27,829 nucleotides of DNA. It comes from a virus (Duplodnaviria > Caudoviricetes). Both the position numbers and the translations under genes were made by a program. Under the pieces are notes generated by a model, which searched no databases, was not told where the DNA came from, and saw only the letters and a program-made list of their open reading frames with translations. The stretch lies in the IMG/VR virus record IMGVR_UViG_3300030101_001949, positions 1-27,829 of that record. One strand, written 5' to 3'. Below, piece by piece: positions 15,316 through 25,013 of the stretch. Position 1 is the first letter of the stretch, and every line of letters starts with the position of its first letter.

Positions 15316-16154
15316 TATCTTAAACTAGTTCTAATTTCGTTTACATATACTATAATAGTCCAATCTATTGTACACGCACTTTGCCCTGTTACCGTAGCTT
15401 TTATGTAATCTGGTGTATCACTTACTGCTACAAAGTCATTAGTCCAACCACTAATACCATCATTGTGATTTGTTTTGTTACTTAATCCTAATCTATCTAA
15501 TGCGCCCCCTGTAACTCTAAATGTACCATGTTGAAATTTGCCCATAGCTGCTGTGCTACTGCTATCTACTCGTTTTGCTACAACTCTACTCTCAAAACAT
15601 ATTACACACTCTTTGTTTTCATCTACAATAAATCTTTTACCATCTACACCACCTAAAAATATCTCTGTTTCTGTATTGTCACTTGTGCGACCTTGATATA
15701 TTAAAACACTTCTTTGCGCTCTTGCAGGGTTGCCTATAGCTACTGTTTGCTCATGTGGTGTTTCAGCATGTACAAACTCACCATATCTAATAGCACTACC
15801 ACTATTGCCTATAATATGAGTGTAATCTTCACTAACTACATGACCTGTACCTACAACCTTTACATTATTACCATTGACTGTATTTTTAGTACCCTGTATA
15901 TTTATGTTGTTGCCTTTTGCAAAATTACCACCACCAACTATAACTTGCGTTGGCTTGTGTTTTTTTGTTGCTTCATAACCAGGTGCTACACATTGATTGT
16001 TTACAAAATCATATCCAAATGCATCACAATCTGTTTTTGTACCACTTGTGCCTGCATCTGTACCATCATCAAATTTTACAACACCTGTATTAGTATCTAT
16101 TTCTTTTACATCTAAAATAGTTACATCTGTATTTATTTTTTTAAATCTAGGCAT
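15315..16154 (-). CDS. Putative tail fibre / receptor-binding protein
   Basis: G.N-rich beta-helix-like repeats (GNNINIQGTKNTVNGNNVKVVGTGH) and a beta-rich C-terminal domain. Confidence 0.6.
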   Translation of the reverse strand: MPRFKKINTDVTILDVKEIDTNTGVVKFDDGTDAGTSGTKTDCDAFGYDFVNNQCVAPGYEATKKHKPTQVIVGGGNFAKGNNINIQGTKNTVNGNNVKVVGTGHVVSEDYTHIIGNSGSAIRYGEFVHAETPHEQTVAIGNPARAQRSVLIYQGRTSDNTETEIFLGGVDGKRFIVDENKECVICFESRVVAKRVDSSSTAAMGKFQHGTFRVTGGALDRLGLSNKTNHNDGISGWTNDFVAVSDTPDYIKATVTGQSACTIDWTIIVYVNEIRTSLR

Positions 16155-18280
16155 TAGTATATTCTATATAGTTCTACTTTAGCTAATTTTTCGCCACCTG
16201 TTGTATAATCAATAGAGTTTACTCTGTATGTTTGATTGTCAATTCTAACTGTATCTGCAAACGAAAATTCATTTATATCTCTTGATTTTAAATTTATTCT
16301 AACAGTTAATAAATGTGTTAAATTTACATACCTCTCTTCTATGTAATTTTTCCAATATTTATTATAGAATGTGTTGCGTGGCACAATGTTAGTAGGTGTA
16401 AATATGCTACCTACATTACCAAATGTTAAACTACTATCACCTAACGCAAGCTGGTCTGTATCATCTTCGTAATGATGCCCATTAGCATATAGCGTAACTT
16501 GTGCGCCAAACACACCTTGATATAAACTTAAATAACTATCAAAAATAGCAGTAGGTGCGTTGTGTACCCTAAAGTTTTTAAATACTAATCTAGGCACATT
16601 ATCAAACCTCTCAAAAACTATACCATCACTACTTGATGTAACAACACTTAAAGGTGCATAACTAGGATGCATTTCTACTATTGCACTAGCAGCAAAAACA
16701 TCTAACCTAATCTCATCTGTTTTTTCTGCCTCAACATCTAACAAAACCTCTTGCGAGCCATACTCTTTACCTACACTTTGTTTGTACACTTCATGGTAAA
16801 AATCACTACTATCTTCGGCCATTGCAAACAATATTTTACTAGGTAAATCAAACATTGTTTGCTTTATTTCTGACCTATCTACTTTATCACTCCAATTATG
16901 CTCAACACCACTTGCTACATAGTCATTAAAAGGACTAATATTTAATTGTTTTTCTACTAATTTATCTGGCTCTATAATTAGATTAAACATCTTTGTAATA
17001 TCTCTAATTATATCTGCTAATTTTATATCTCTTCTATTTCTCTGAAATTTGTTTTGCGCTCCACTTAAATTATTAGTGTAAAAATAATATCTTGATCTTA
17101 ATGTTGTACCACCAATAACAAATGCATCTTCTATTGTCAAACCTGATGCATTAGCTTTTATTTGTATCTCTATTGTTTCACCATTGTTAATCATTATGTT
17201 TTCAAATGCAAAAACTTGATGATTATTAGCATTGCCAGGTATAACCTCTGTATGTATAATCGGACTTGCAACTTGGTTTGGTGATGTGCTATTATGTAGT
17301 ATTTTGATTTGTAATGTGCGTGCGCTACTACTAGAGTTATCAATAAAAAATGAGCATGTAGGTGTGACCTCTAAATTGTCTTGTGGTGTTGTATATACAC
17401 CTGTTGATGTGCTATGTAAATTATCTGCATCATCAGTTTCTACATCAAAAACTACAGTAGTAAAACTAGTTGTAATAGTTGTAGTGCCTGATGGTCTAGC
17501 AACTACATCGCCATAGCTAGTTTGTAATGAAAAATCACCCTGTACACTACTATCCATGTAGATATTTTTAAACTCTGTACTATCTAAAAAGCTGCTGTTA
17601 TAGGTATACCCTGCAAAATCAAATATTTTGTTTACAATGTAATGCATCTGCAAATGAGGTGCAAAATTGTATCTGCTGTTTATGTCTAAAACACCTGGAT
17701 CAATAGTATCGTAACCTATCATACCATCATCTACCAATGGAAAAAATATATCATCACTTGTTGTACCATTAGTTAGTGTTACATCACCTGTAAAACTTGC
17801 TTGTATATTAGCTAATGTTATTTCGCAATCTATATCAGAAAAATCTAAATCATCTATTGTAGCTTCACCTAGTGCATTTAGTAAACCTGTTGCGTTACTA
17901 TATACGGTAACATTGTATGTGTAATCTTGGTTTTTTTCTTTTATCTCGTTAAGAAACATAATACCCTCTAGTATTAGAGAGCCTTCTGAATATACTAAAA
18001 CATCACATGATTTGTAAGGGTTAAAAGCGTTTAAAACAGCATTAGGTTGCCCTTTCATATCAGATTGTAAATCGTATATGTGCCTAAAAAACTTATTATT
18101 TTTCTTTGTAGCAGGTATATCATAGCTTTTAGAGTAGCTAGAGTTTTTGCTATTAGCCTCTCTAATATTATCTACCTCGTATTTTATAGATATATTTTCA
18201 TCGCCAAACAAATCTAATTCTACTTGCTTTTTTAGTGCAGGAGAGCCACTAGTATATTGTGTAAACGCTACTATTCTCAC
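16154..18280 (-). CDS. Tail tip / hub-type structural protein
   Basis: ELDLF.DE.I.I....I...S.YSK...IP.T..NN.FF.H; D.I..I.KMFNL; WS.KVD; I....YRVN.I.Y; 708 aa in the tail module. Confidence 0.7.
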   Translation of the reverse strand: MRIVAFTQYTSGSPALKKQVELDLFGDENISIKYEVDNIREANSKNSSYSKSYDIPATKKNNKFFRHIYDLQSDMKGQPNAVLNAFNPYKSCDVLVYSEGSLILEGIMFLNEIKEKNQDYTYNVTVYSNATGLLNALGEATIDDLDFSDIDCEITLANIQASFTGDVTLTNGTTSDDIFFPLVDDGMIGYDTIDPGVLDINSRYNFAPHLQMHYIVNKIFDFAGYTYNSSFLDSTEFKNIYMDSSVQGDFSLQTSYGDVVARPSGTTTITTSFTTVVFDVETDDADNLHSTSTGVYTTPQDNLEVTPTCSFFIDNSSSSARTLQIKILHNSTSPNQVASPIIHTEVIPGNANNHQVFAFENIMINNGETIEIQIKANASGLTIEDAFVIGGTTLRSRYYFYTNNLSGAQNKFQRNRRDIKLADIIRDITKMFNLIIEPDKLVEKQLNISPFNDYVASGVEHNWSDKVDRSEIKQTMFDLPSKILFAMAEDSSDFYHEVYKQSVGKEYGSQEVLLDVEAEKTDEIRLDVFAASAIVEMHPSYAPLSVVTSSSDGIVFERFDNVPRLVFKNFRVHNAPTAIFDSYLSLYQGVFGAQVTLYANGHHYEDDTDQLALGDSSLTFGNVGSIFTPTNIVPRNTFYNKYWKNYIEERYVNLTHLLTVRINLKSRDINEFSFADTVRIDNQTYRVNSIDYTTGGEKLAKVELYRIY

Positions 18281-19671
18281 AACCTTTGTGTTAGTTTTTC
18301 ATTAGATTTTTCAATGCTAATAACATATTGCTTTAACCCATCATTAGCAGTAGTTTGTTTTGTATATGTTTTTTCTGCAACAACTACAGGTAGAAATGTA
18401 TCAGGCGATTGTGTAGTATCTTGCATGTATACTTGTGGACTTGTAAACAACTCTTCTAATGCAGTTGCCTCATCATCTGTAATAAAATCTGTATTTGCCT
18501 CTATAATTTCTATTGATCTTGACCTATACACACCTGTACCACCTAAAAAGTTTTGCCTACTAGCATAAACATTACCAAAGTGTACAGGGTTGTGCTTCAT
18601 TAAACCCTTGTTAGTGTCTACAGTTCTAGTAGATTTTTTAGTAAAGTTGTAATAGTCATAACCACCTAATCTATTTAGATATGCTAATCGTATTGTTTCA
18701 AAACCTTTACAATCATCATCTTCTAATCTAAAAGTGTATGCCTGTGATGAGGCTGCACCACTACTATCAAATGCTTGTACTGTGTATGTGGCTGTATTTG
18801 TAGGTATTGTAACACCTCTGTTTACTAAATTACCTGGACCTACACCTACATATAATAATGAGCCTTGTATTTCATCTTCATCTTCTATTGTTGCTACTGA
18901 TTGTGCTAAACCATCATTTACAGAGTTATTATTTAAAGTATCTACAGTTCCTATAGCATTACCTGATGAGTTAAAAAAACTTGTTTTAATGCTACTTGGC
19001 TGTGAGATAAAACTTATTATAGAGCCTACCTTTTTAAATGTACCATTAAAAAATGCAAATGTGTGATAATCGCCTAATCTAACCTTTCTTTCTATAGTAG
19101 AACTAGTATTTGTTAAAAATTCTTTAGTATTACCATTTAGTATGTATTTTAAATCATCAAAATCTGTACTGCCTTGCTCTAAAGGTTGCACACCATTAAA
19201 AAATGCGTAATTTTCACCTAATGTAGTAAATGGTGTAGTAATAGTACCATTTAACTCGTATTGCCCATAGGCTGCAACTAATACTTTAATAAGGTTTGAC
19301 CTTTGCCTACTATATCTATCTACTGTGTGTATGCTAAATCTTTCTGTAGGGAAAACACTAGCATGCGTGCCAGCGTGCGAGCCAGATGTAGTACCTGTAA
19401 ATATCTCTGTATCTGTAGTACAATAATCTTGTATTAGTTGCCCTGCATCAAAACTAGCATAACCATCTGAATTAGGTTTGACTGTAAATCTATGATAGTC
19501 ACTTATTGCATCACCATTTTCATCTGTTGTAAAAATTGTAACCTCAAATACAAACTTAAAACCACTTTGTGCTACAGTTGCGCTGTTACTTTCTCGCACC
19601 GTAAAAATAGTGTGTTTAGAGTATGCAGGGTGTACAAACCTTAAAGGTCTATCAAAAATTTGAAATGCCAT
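18277..19671 (-). CDS. Tail structural protein (distal-tail-like)
   Basis: C-terminal L..LNRLGG.DY..F, NT.FI, LEELF.SP.VY motifs. Confidence 0.65.
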   Translation of the reverse strand: MAFQIFDRPLRFVHPAYSKHTIFTVRESNSATVAQSGFKFVFEVTIFTTDENGDAISDYHRFTVKPNSDGYASFDAGQLIQDYCTTDTEIFTGTTSGSHAGTHASVFPTERFSIHTVDRYSRQRSNLIKVLVAAYGQYELNGTITTPFTTLGENYAFFNGVQPLEQGSTDFDDLKYILNGNTKEFLTNTSSTIERKVRLGDYHTFAFFNGTFKKVGSIISFISQPSSIKTSFFNSSGNAIGTVDTLNNNSVNDGLAQSVATIEDEDEIQGSLLYVGVGPGNLVNRGVTIPTNTATYTVQAFDSSGAASSQAYTFRLEDDDCKGFETIRLAYLNRLGGYDYYNFTKKSTRTVDTNKGLMKHNPVHFGNVYASRQNFLGGTGVYRSRSIEIIEANTDFITDDEATALEELFTSPQVYMQDTTQSPDTFLPVVVAEKTYTKQTTANDGLKQYVISIEKSNEKLTQRL

Positions 19672-19677
19672 TGTGTT

Positions 19678-20202
19678 TTATTTTAGTATATCTGCTGTTG
19701 TTTGTTTTAAAAATTTCTCTACATCACTTGCATAGGCTTTTGTAAAGTCACTTGATAAATTTTTGTAGTGCTGTCTAAAAGCATTACTAAAAAACCTAGT
19801 TGCAGGTAAACCAAATAATGCTATTTTTCTACCTACTAAAAAGGCAAATGATTTGCGTGTAATAAACCTACCTTTTTTATCTCTACCTTGTATGCCTTTG
19901 CGTTTTATCCACGCCTCTATAGGTGCGTTTGGTATGTTGTCGCTTTTAAATTTGTAAGGTGATTTGTATGCTCTACGCCCACTTTCTTTACCCTTAACAC
20001 CTTTATCTTGAAACAAACCATAAAAAGGCATGTTAAAATTCAACTCTAATGCACCACTAGGAAAAACTTTTAAATCATAATTTAGTTTTTCTGCTAGCCT
20101 GCCTGTATCAATGTGATCTTGTTTAGCAAGGTTGCGAACAGATTGATTTATTACCTTATCGGCAAACATCTTAACTATTTTTTCTGTTCTATCTAGCTTC
20201 AT
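19678..20202 (-). CDS. Putative tail completion / neck protein
   Basis: Basic; TG.L, YG.F.D.GV.G, WI.RKGI.GR..KGRF, G...T.FF..AF. Confidence 0.6.
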   Translation of the reverse strand: MKLDRTEKIVKMFADKVINQSVRNLAKQDHIDTGRLAEKLNYDLKVFPSGALELNFNMPFYGLFQDKGVKGKESGRRAYKSPYKFKSDNIPNAPIEAWIKRKGIQGRDKKGRFITRKSFAFLVGRKIALFGLPATRFFSNAFRQHYKNLSSDFTKAYASDVEKFLKQTTADILK

Positions 20203-20657
20203 TATGATGTAGCTATAAACAATTCTAAATCTAATGCATCACCACCATGAGGATTGTGTACAAATAAACTCTCTATATCATCTGTAGATGTTATACCTGC
20301 TTTGCTAGTTGCACCATTACCATTAGGTGTAAAAAATGTTACACTACAACCTGGGCGTAATTCTGTTGCAGCAGATGTAGCACTAAATGCTTTTGTTAAT
20401 AGTAATACATTAGTATCATCTAAATTAGTCACTCTAATGTACTTTATATCATCTACATCAAAATTTACACCATTGCCTGTGCCTGAAAATGTTGCTAATG
20501 TTGTTGTTGTACTAGCAGGTATTGTATGTATTCTTTTAGATACATTACCTACACCTGTAATTGTTTTTGTTATTGTCTGGTCGTAAGTTGTACCATTTAG
20601 AGTAATCTCTTCTGCTACTGATACATTTAATGTTGCTGTCGTTACCGTTGTTGCCAT
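20202..20657 (-). CDS. Putative structural protein
   Basis: Thr-rich beta protein containing KYIRVTNLDDTN; in the tail module. Confidence 0.55.
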   Translation of the reverse strand: MATTVTTATLNVSVAEEITLNGTTYDQTITKTITGVGNVSKRIHTIPASTTTTLATFSGTGNGVNFDVDDIKYIRVTNLDDTNVLLLTKAFSATSAATELRPGCSVTFFTPNGNGATSKAGITSTDDIESLFVHNPHGGDALDLELFIATS

Positions 20658-20674
20658 TTTATTTATTTATTATA

Positions 20675-21208
20675 TTATATTAAACCTGTGCAGACACCTC
20701 TATTAAAGCTGACTGTTATTGTAAAGTTTGCCGCCCACCCTGTAACCATACTATCAAATCGCTCTGTAAAAGGCTCACATGATACATTGTCGCTTAATCT
20801 AAAATCATACTCACCATTATAGTTGTTTACATTATTCAATGCTGTTTGGTGGCTATATCTCAACATAGATATATAATCGCCAACTAATTGAAGCGTATCG
20901 CTTAATACAAAATTTTCATTGCTCTCTTGTGGTTGGTTTGTATCAGCTACTTGTGTGCTTACTAAATCCATAATGTATACTCTGAAATTGTACTCTAACT
21001 CATTAGTTTTATAGTTAGCACTTTCTAGTGATAAAAATGCTACAGGAAATATTTGTGTGTTTGCAATATCTAAATCAAATATATCACCAAAACCACCTTG
21101 GTACAATCCACTAAAATCTGCAACTATTGCATCATGTAATTGTATAATATTATACAGGGTTACATTTTTATTTAATTGCCCTGCGTTATTTATGTAGTTA
21201 CCACTCAT
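20675..21208 (-). CDS. Putative tail terminator
   Basis: FGDI.D.D....FP, Y.F.....D, VLSDTLQ...D, EPFTERFD....GW motifs. Confidence 0.6.
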   Translation of the reverse strand: MSGNYINNAGQLNKNVTLYNIIQLHDAIVADFSGLYQGGFGDIFDLDIANTQIFPVAFLSLESANYKTNELEYNFRVYIMDLVSTQVADTNQPQESNENFVLSDTLQLVGDYISMLRYSHQTALNNVNNYNGEYDFRLSDNVSCEPFTERFDSMVTGWAANFTITVSFNRGVCTGLI

Positions 21209-21447
21209 TTTTGTATGCTTTGTTTATCTTTCTCGTAGCTTAAATATGTAAATATTTGTGCTGCCTGTATTTTTGTTATTTCTGTTATTTTAGTTACATC
21301 ACCATTTGCAAGGCTATGTATTACACCGTACCAACCCCATTTTCTACTAAACTGCTGCTCTGTTGTTTCGTATCTTTCATCTTGTTTTGTTTCTTCAAAT
21401 AGGATTGCGTAATCATTAGATACTCCTTTCCTATATTCAAAAAAAAA
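21205..21447 (-). CDS. -1 frameshift extension of the tail assembly chaperone (fusion ~252 aa)
   Basis: The -1 frame is open from the T9 run: FEYRKGVSNDYAILFEE...FSRKWGWYGVIHSLANGDVTKI..IT...IFTYLSYEKDKQSIQK*, ending in an ATGA overlap with the next gene. Confidence 0.8.
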   Translation of the reverse strand, partial: FFFEYRKGVSNDYAILFEETKQDERYETTEQQFSRKWGWYGVIHSLANGDVTKITEITKIQAAQIFTYLSYEKDKQSIQK

Positions 21448-21962
21448 CCTAGCGCACCATTTACTGTTGCTATGCTTAAATTGTCTTTAAACATACCTGC
21501 ATTAGCAACACATTTTGCACTATCATAATCTACTATACTATACTTGCCTTTTTTCTCAAATGTAACCTCTCTATACAACACAGACATTATGTAGTGTAGG
21601 TTTTCTAATGGCTTTGTTAGGTAGTTATCTAAATCTACAAACTCACCAAATGTTATATCTTTCAGTTTAGGGTGAAAACCAAACTTTTTACCATTAACCT
21701 CTATTATTAAATTTAAAGTTGTGTTTACCTTTATTGAAGAAAGTTTTGTTACTGCCTCTGATATTTGATCTATATCAGTTTTTTTGCATTTTTCTAGTAT
21801 TTCTAATGGCACACCTAACAATGCACTTATGCCATTCATGTTATTTGTATGCTCATCTAAATCATCGCTAGTAACATCCATAAATTTCTGGTAGCTACCT
21901 AGTGTTACCTCTGTCCATTTTTGAGGTATATAATAATCTTTCTCGTTAAGTGTTAATAACAT
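21321..21962 (-). CDS. Tail assembly chaperone (short form)
   Basis: IP..W.E.TL..YQ, FGF.P.L..ITFGE.VDL, MSVLYR; slippery GGT TTT TTT TTG near the 3' end. Confidence 0.7.
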   Translation of the reverse strand: MLLTLNEKDYYIPQKWTEVTLGSYQKFMDVTSDDLDEHTNNMNGISALLGVPLEILEKCKKTDIDQISEAVTKLSSIKVNTTLNLIIEVNGKKFGFHPKLKDITFGEFVDLDNYLTKPLENLHYIMSVLYREVTFEKKGKYSIVDYDSAKCVANAGMFKDNLSIATVNGALGFFLNIGKEYLMITQSYLKKQNKMKDTKQQSSSLVENGVGTV

Positions 21963-21980
21963 TGTATTTTAGTTATCTAT

Positions 21981-22006
21981 TAGTAAATATAAATTGTTTA
22001 GATTTG
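21981..22006 (-). promoter_or_regulatory. Putative late promoter
   Basis: CAAA-TCTAAACAAT-TTATATTTACTA. Confidence 0.75.
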
Positions 22007-22028
22007 GTGCGTATTTCCATAATACTTT

Positions 22029-22073
22029 AAAAGAGAGGGGTTTTGTTTTACATTGTTTTGACCTCTCTCTTTT
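22029..22073 (-). terminator. Large-loop hairpin / putative terminator after terL
   Basis: AGAGAGG ... CCTCTCT followed by TTT, with a loop of about 23 nt. Confidence 0.55.
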
Positions 22074-23386
22074 TATTGTATATAATACTTGCCTATATTA
22101 GGTCGCAACTCGTAATACATGCGCATCATTAGTGCATCACTATAATCAGGTGACCTACCTAACATTTGCTTTACTTTCTCTTTTGGCAATATAGCTAGTT
22201 TTGTATCTTTATCTATCTTATCACGCCTAACCTGCTCTAACTCCTTTGTCAAACTATCTTTAATTAGCGTGTTGTTTGTACTAACAAATACTTTGCCTGT
22301 GTTTATGTACTCTGCCAACTTGTAATAACATTGTGTTTTTAGGTTTTGGTAGTTTTCGTTATTTATTGCTTTGCTATTATTTACAAATGGCTTGCATCGT
22401 AGTATGTCACGCAACCCACCACCTACACCATCATCATCTACAATTATATTACCTAATGGTACACTCTCTGCTCTTTGTATATCTCGTATTATCTCTGCGG
22501 CTTGTGTAATAGTGTTAGTATCTAGCACCTTTATTTTCTCTGCTCTTAAACCATTCCAATATACAATAACTGTTTTATCTTTACCAAACCTGGCTATATC
22601 TGCTGATATGTATTTATTACCACCCTCTATAGTAGTGTTTTCGTAAATATTTAAAATAGCATTGTAATCAATTAGCTTATCTTCACTATCATCAAATTCC
22701 CAATTACCATACAACAACCTCTGTTTGCTTATCTCATCAAGTTTTAATAGTTGCTCTTCATAGTGTTTAGATATGTGTATATTATCGCTTGCAAGTGCTT
22801 GTACAAATTTTCTATAGGCAGGCAGTTGATTTTGTTTGTAAGGTAGGTAAAACTCATTATACACCCAGGATTTAGCAGGGTTGCAACTCATAAACAATTT
22901 AGGTATCAAATTGTACTCATCTAGCTTGTACCTTATTCTTGATGATAGTATTGCTTTAGCTTTTTGTGTAATTTGATTGCACTCATCAATAAATGCAAGA
23001 GTAAGCTCCAAACTACCGAGGCTATCAAAATTAGGATCACTAGGGTAACTAAACAAATCTTTAAGAATAACCTCGCTGCCATTGCTAAATGTTAATACAT
23101 TGCTACTACCGTTAAATGTGTAATCTTTATTTGCTTTTAAACCCCAACTACCACACACTTGAAAAAATGTAGCTAGGGTTGTTTTCTTTAAGGTATCTAG
23201 CTTGCTACGCCCAATTAAACACCTAATACCTTTATATTTAATACAAGAGTAGATAACCCAAGCACAACCAATATAAGATTTACCACCACCTGCGCCACCA
23301 CCAAATAGTACCTCACTTGTTTCATTGTCAAATAAGTATCTAATTGCTGTGCTTTGTTTTGGTGTAAACTCTAACTCAATCTTCAT
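22073..23386 (-). CDS. terL: Terminase large subunit
   Basis: Walker A GGAGGGKS, Walker B AFIDE, CNP motif, nuclease motifs ADIARFGKD and SPDYSDALM. Confidence 0.95.
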   Translation of the reverse strand: MKIELEFTPKQSTAIRYLFDNETSEVLFGGGAGGGKSYIGCAWVIYSCIKYKGIRCLIGRSKLDTLKKTTLATFFQVCGSWGLKANKDYTFNGSSNVLTFSNGSEVILKDLFSYPSDPNFDSLGSLELTLAFIDECNQITQKAKAILSSRIRYKLDEYNLIPKLFMSCNPAKSWVYNEFYLPYKQNQLPAYRKFVQALASDNIHISKHYEEQLLKLDEISKQRLLYGNWEFDDSEDKLIDYNAILNIYENTTIEGGNKYISADIARFGKDKTVIVYWNGLRAEKIKVLDTNTITQAAEIIRDIQRAESVPLGNIIVDDDGVGGGLRDILRCKPFVNNSKAINNENYQNLKTQCYYKLAEYINTGKVFVSTNNTLIKDSLTKELEQVRRDKIDKDTKLAILPKEKVKQMLGRSPDYSDALMMRMYYELRPNIGKYYIQ

Positions 23387-23729
23387 CGGTTAGCTTAATG
23401 TTAATCTGTATTGCTTCATCATCAGTAGTCATGTCCATTTGCTGTTTTTCCCAATACCCTCGCTTTCTACCTTTTGTCTTTAGGTAAAATATAGTAGCTG
23501 TTGTATTGTTTTCTTGTATCTGCTCAAATAGTTTACTCTCTGCAAAATCTAAACTAACATTTTCTATTTCTCTAACCTTTGCTGCAAACTCTACATCTGT
23601 TTTTAACCATTTGTAAAAAGTGCTACGAGGTACATCTACCTTTTTACACGCAGTAGTAACAACGCCTAAACATTGCTCTAGCGCATCTAACATTGCCTCT
23701 TTTTTAATATGTCTACTTTTGTCTACCAC
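23376..23729 (-). CDS. terS: Terminase small subunit
   Basis: HTH (GVVTTACKKVDVPRSTFYKW), LD.AESKL, TATIFYLKTKG.KRGY; overlaps the terL start. Confidence 0.8.
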   Translation of the reverse strand: MVDKSRHIKKEAMLDALEQCLGVVTTACKKVDVPRSTFYKWLKTDVEFAAKVREIENVSLDFAESKLFEQIQENNTTATIFYLKTKGRKRGYWEKQQMDMTTDDEAIQINIKLTDED

Positions 23730-24135
23730 AACACTCGCATTTTTCTGGTAGCTTATCTAAATTAAAACCAAAATCTATTGATTTAAAACCCCATTCTTTA
23801 AGGGTGTCTATATCAAACCAATTTGCTAATTTGTCTTTATCAAATTTACCACCTAGTTTATTTAACTTGATATTTGTTTCTACTTCTTTATCGTAATCGT
23901 AATCTACCTCTATACATGGTAGCGTTTCTATACCTAATTCTACTGCTATATTATACCTTTGATGCCCACCAACTATTATACCCTCTCTACCTTTATGTGT
24001 GTTTACTACTAGAGGTTGTAATATACCTTTATCTACTATATCTTGTTTTAGTTTATTATATTGTGCCTTGCTTATTTCTCTAGGGTTGTATTCAGCAGGC
24101 ATCAATTCCCAGGTATTTTTATTTACTATTTTCAA
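23713..24135 (-). CDS. ParB/Srx N-terminal-like domain protein
   Basis: L.PAEYNPR.I....L...I...G..QP.VVN....I.GGHQR. Confidence 0.8.
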   Translation of the reverse strand: MKIVNKNTWELMPAEYNPREISKAQYNKLKQDIVDKGILQPLVVNTHKGREGIIVGGHQRYNIAVELGIETLPCIEVDYDYDKEVETNIKLNKLGGKFDKDKLANWFDIDTLKEWGFKSIDFGFNLDKLPEKCECCGRQK

Positions 24136-24427
24136 ATTGCTCTAATTCAAACTGTAAATGTGCTATTGCTTTCTTTATGCAATCTACAGGTGTTTTGTGT
24201 TTACGCATTGCACGCAAGATGTAAGTGCAAGCAGTCCCTAAATTATACGACAAATCAAACTCATATATAACATCTTTCGCCATCATACCATTACGACCTA
24301 CATAGTATGCAGGCACTTTGTTATCATTTTCTATCATTTCATCACAAGGAATGTTCCTAGTATAGTCGTAATAGTATTTACTTTTTGACATTTTTCTTTT
24401 TTGGTTTTGCAACAATTCCTTTAACAA
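24119..24427 (-). CDS. DUF3310-like protein (true start probably MSKSK at ~24391)
   Basis: P.YY.G....A.DVI....L.YNLG.A..YI.RA..K....I.KA...L..E pattern. Confidence 0.7.
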   Translation of the reverse strand: MLKELLQNQKRKMSKSKYYYDYTRNIPCDEMIENDNKVPAYYVGRNGMMAKDVIYEFDLSYNLGTACTYILRAMRKHKTPVDCIKKAIAHLQFELEQFENSK

Positions 24428-24611
24428 ACTCGTAACATGTATTTAAACAACTGCTACAGCTTGTAGTTAATTTGTATTTTGTTTTATTTAATTCGTTGTA
24501 GAATTTAATCATTTCTACTTTGTAATGGTGGCTTTTAGCTACACCTGTTTTAACACCCTGCCAAATATAGGCTGCTCTTTCTTTCTCTTCTTTTGTTAGT
24601 TTCATTACCAT
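24378..24611 (-). CDS. Hypothetical protein with CxxC motif
   Basis: TTSCSSCLNTC. Confidence 0.65.
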   Translation of the reverse strand: MVMKLTKEEKERAAYIWQGVKTGVAKSHHYKVEMIKFYNELNKTKYKLTTSCSSCLNTCYEFVKGIVAKPKKKNVKK

Positions 24612-24835
24612 TTGTTTTTAGGGCAATTTTCTGTTTGCCATTTTGCTTTTGTTTCTATAGGGCATCCACACACCGTACACTCTAACTCTTTGTGATCTAA
24701 ATAATCACACCTACTGCAAGTGTGTACTCTATCGTAGTATGTACTAATATCTACATTTTCAAAACCACCCTTTGCACGCTTATAGCTTGCTTTCAGGAGG
24801 TTGTATGTTTTTACCATTAAGTTTGGTTTGCTCAT
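24605..24835 (-). CDS. Cys-rich hypothetical protein (probable Zn-binding)
   Basis: R...CSRC...CTVCGC....K......CP..KW. Confidence 0.7.
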   Translation of the reverse strand: MSKPNLMVKTYNLLKASYKRAKGGFENVDISTYYDRVHTCSRCDYLDHKELECTVCGCPIETKAKWQTENCPKNKW

Positions 24836-25013
24836 TGTTTCTTCTAATTTTTATTATACCATAAGGCTCATAATAATATCCAAACGCTATGTCTATATCT
24901 TCAAAACTATAGTCATTTAGATTTAACATATACTCTAACTCACCATCTTCATTGTAAAACTCTATGTTAGGTATGTCGTAATCAGCGTATGTTAACAACT
25001 CTTTCAACTTCAT
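24780..25013 (-). CDS. Hypothetical acidic protein
   Basis: 77 aa, overlapping both neighbours. Confidence 0.6.
   Translation of the reverse strand: MKLKELLTYADYDIPNIEFYNEDGELEYMLNLNDYSFEDIDIAFGYYYEPYGIIKIRRNNEQTKLNGKNIQPPESKL

Noticed and set aside
16154-16185. KVEL at the C-terminus of the tail tip protein as another processing site
   Set aside because: It is followed by Y rather than G/S, sits in a terminal beta-strand of a tail protein, and is probably coincidental.
15315-18280. Diversity-generating retroelement or invertible tail-fibre cassette
   Set aside because: No reverse transcriptase, recombinase, or duplicated template/variable repeat was seen.
21973-22020. 15-codon ORF MEIRTKSKQFIFTNR overlapping the late promoter motif
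   Set aside because: Too short to support; its similarity to FIFTN in the sigma protein simply reflects the shared DNA motif.
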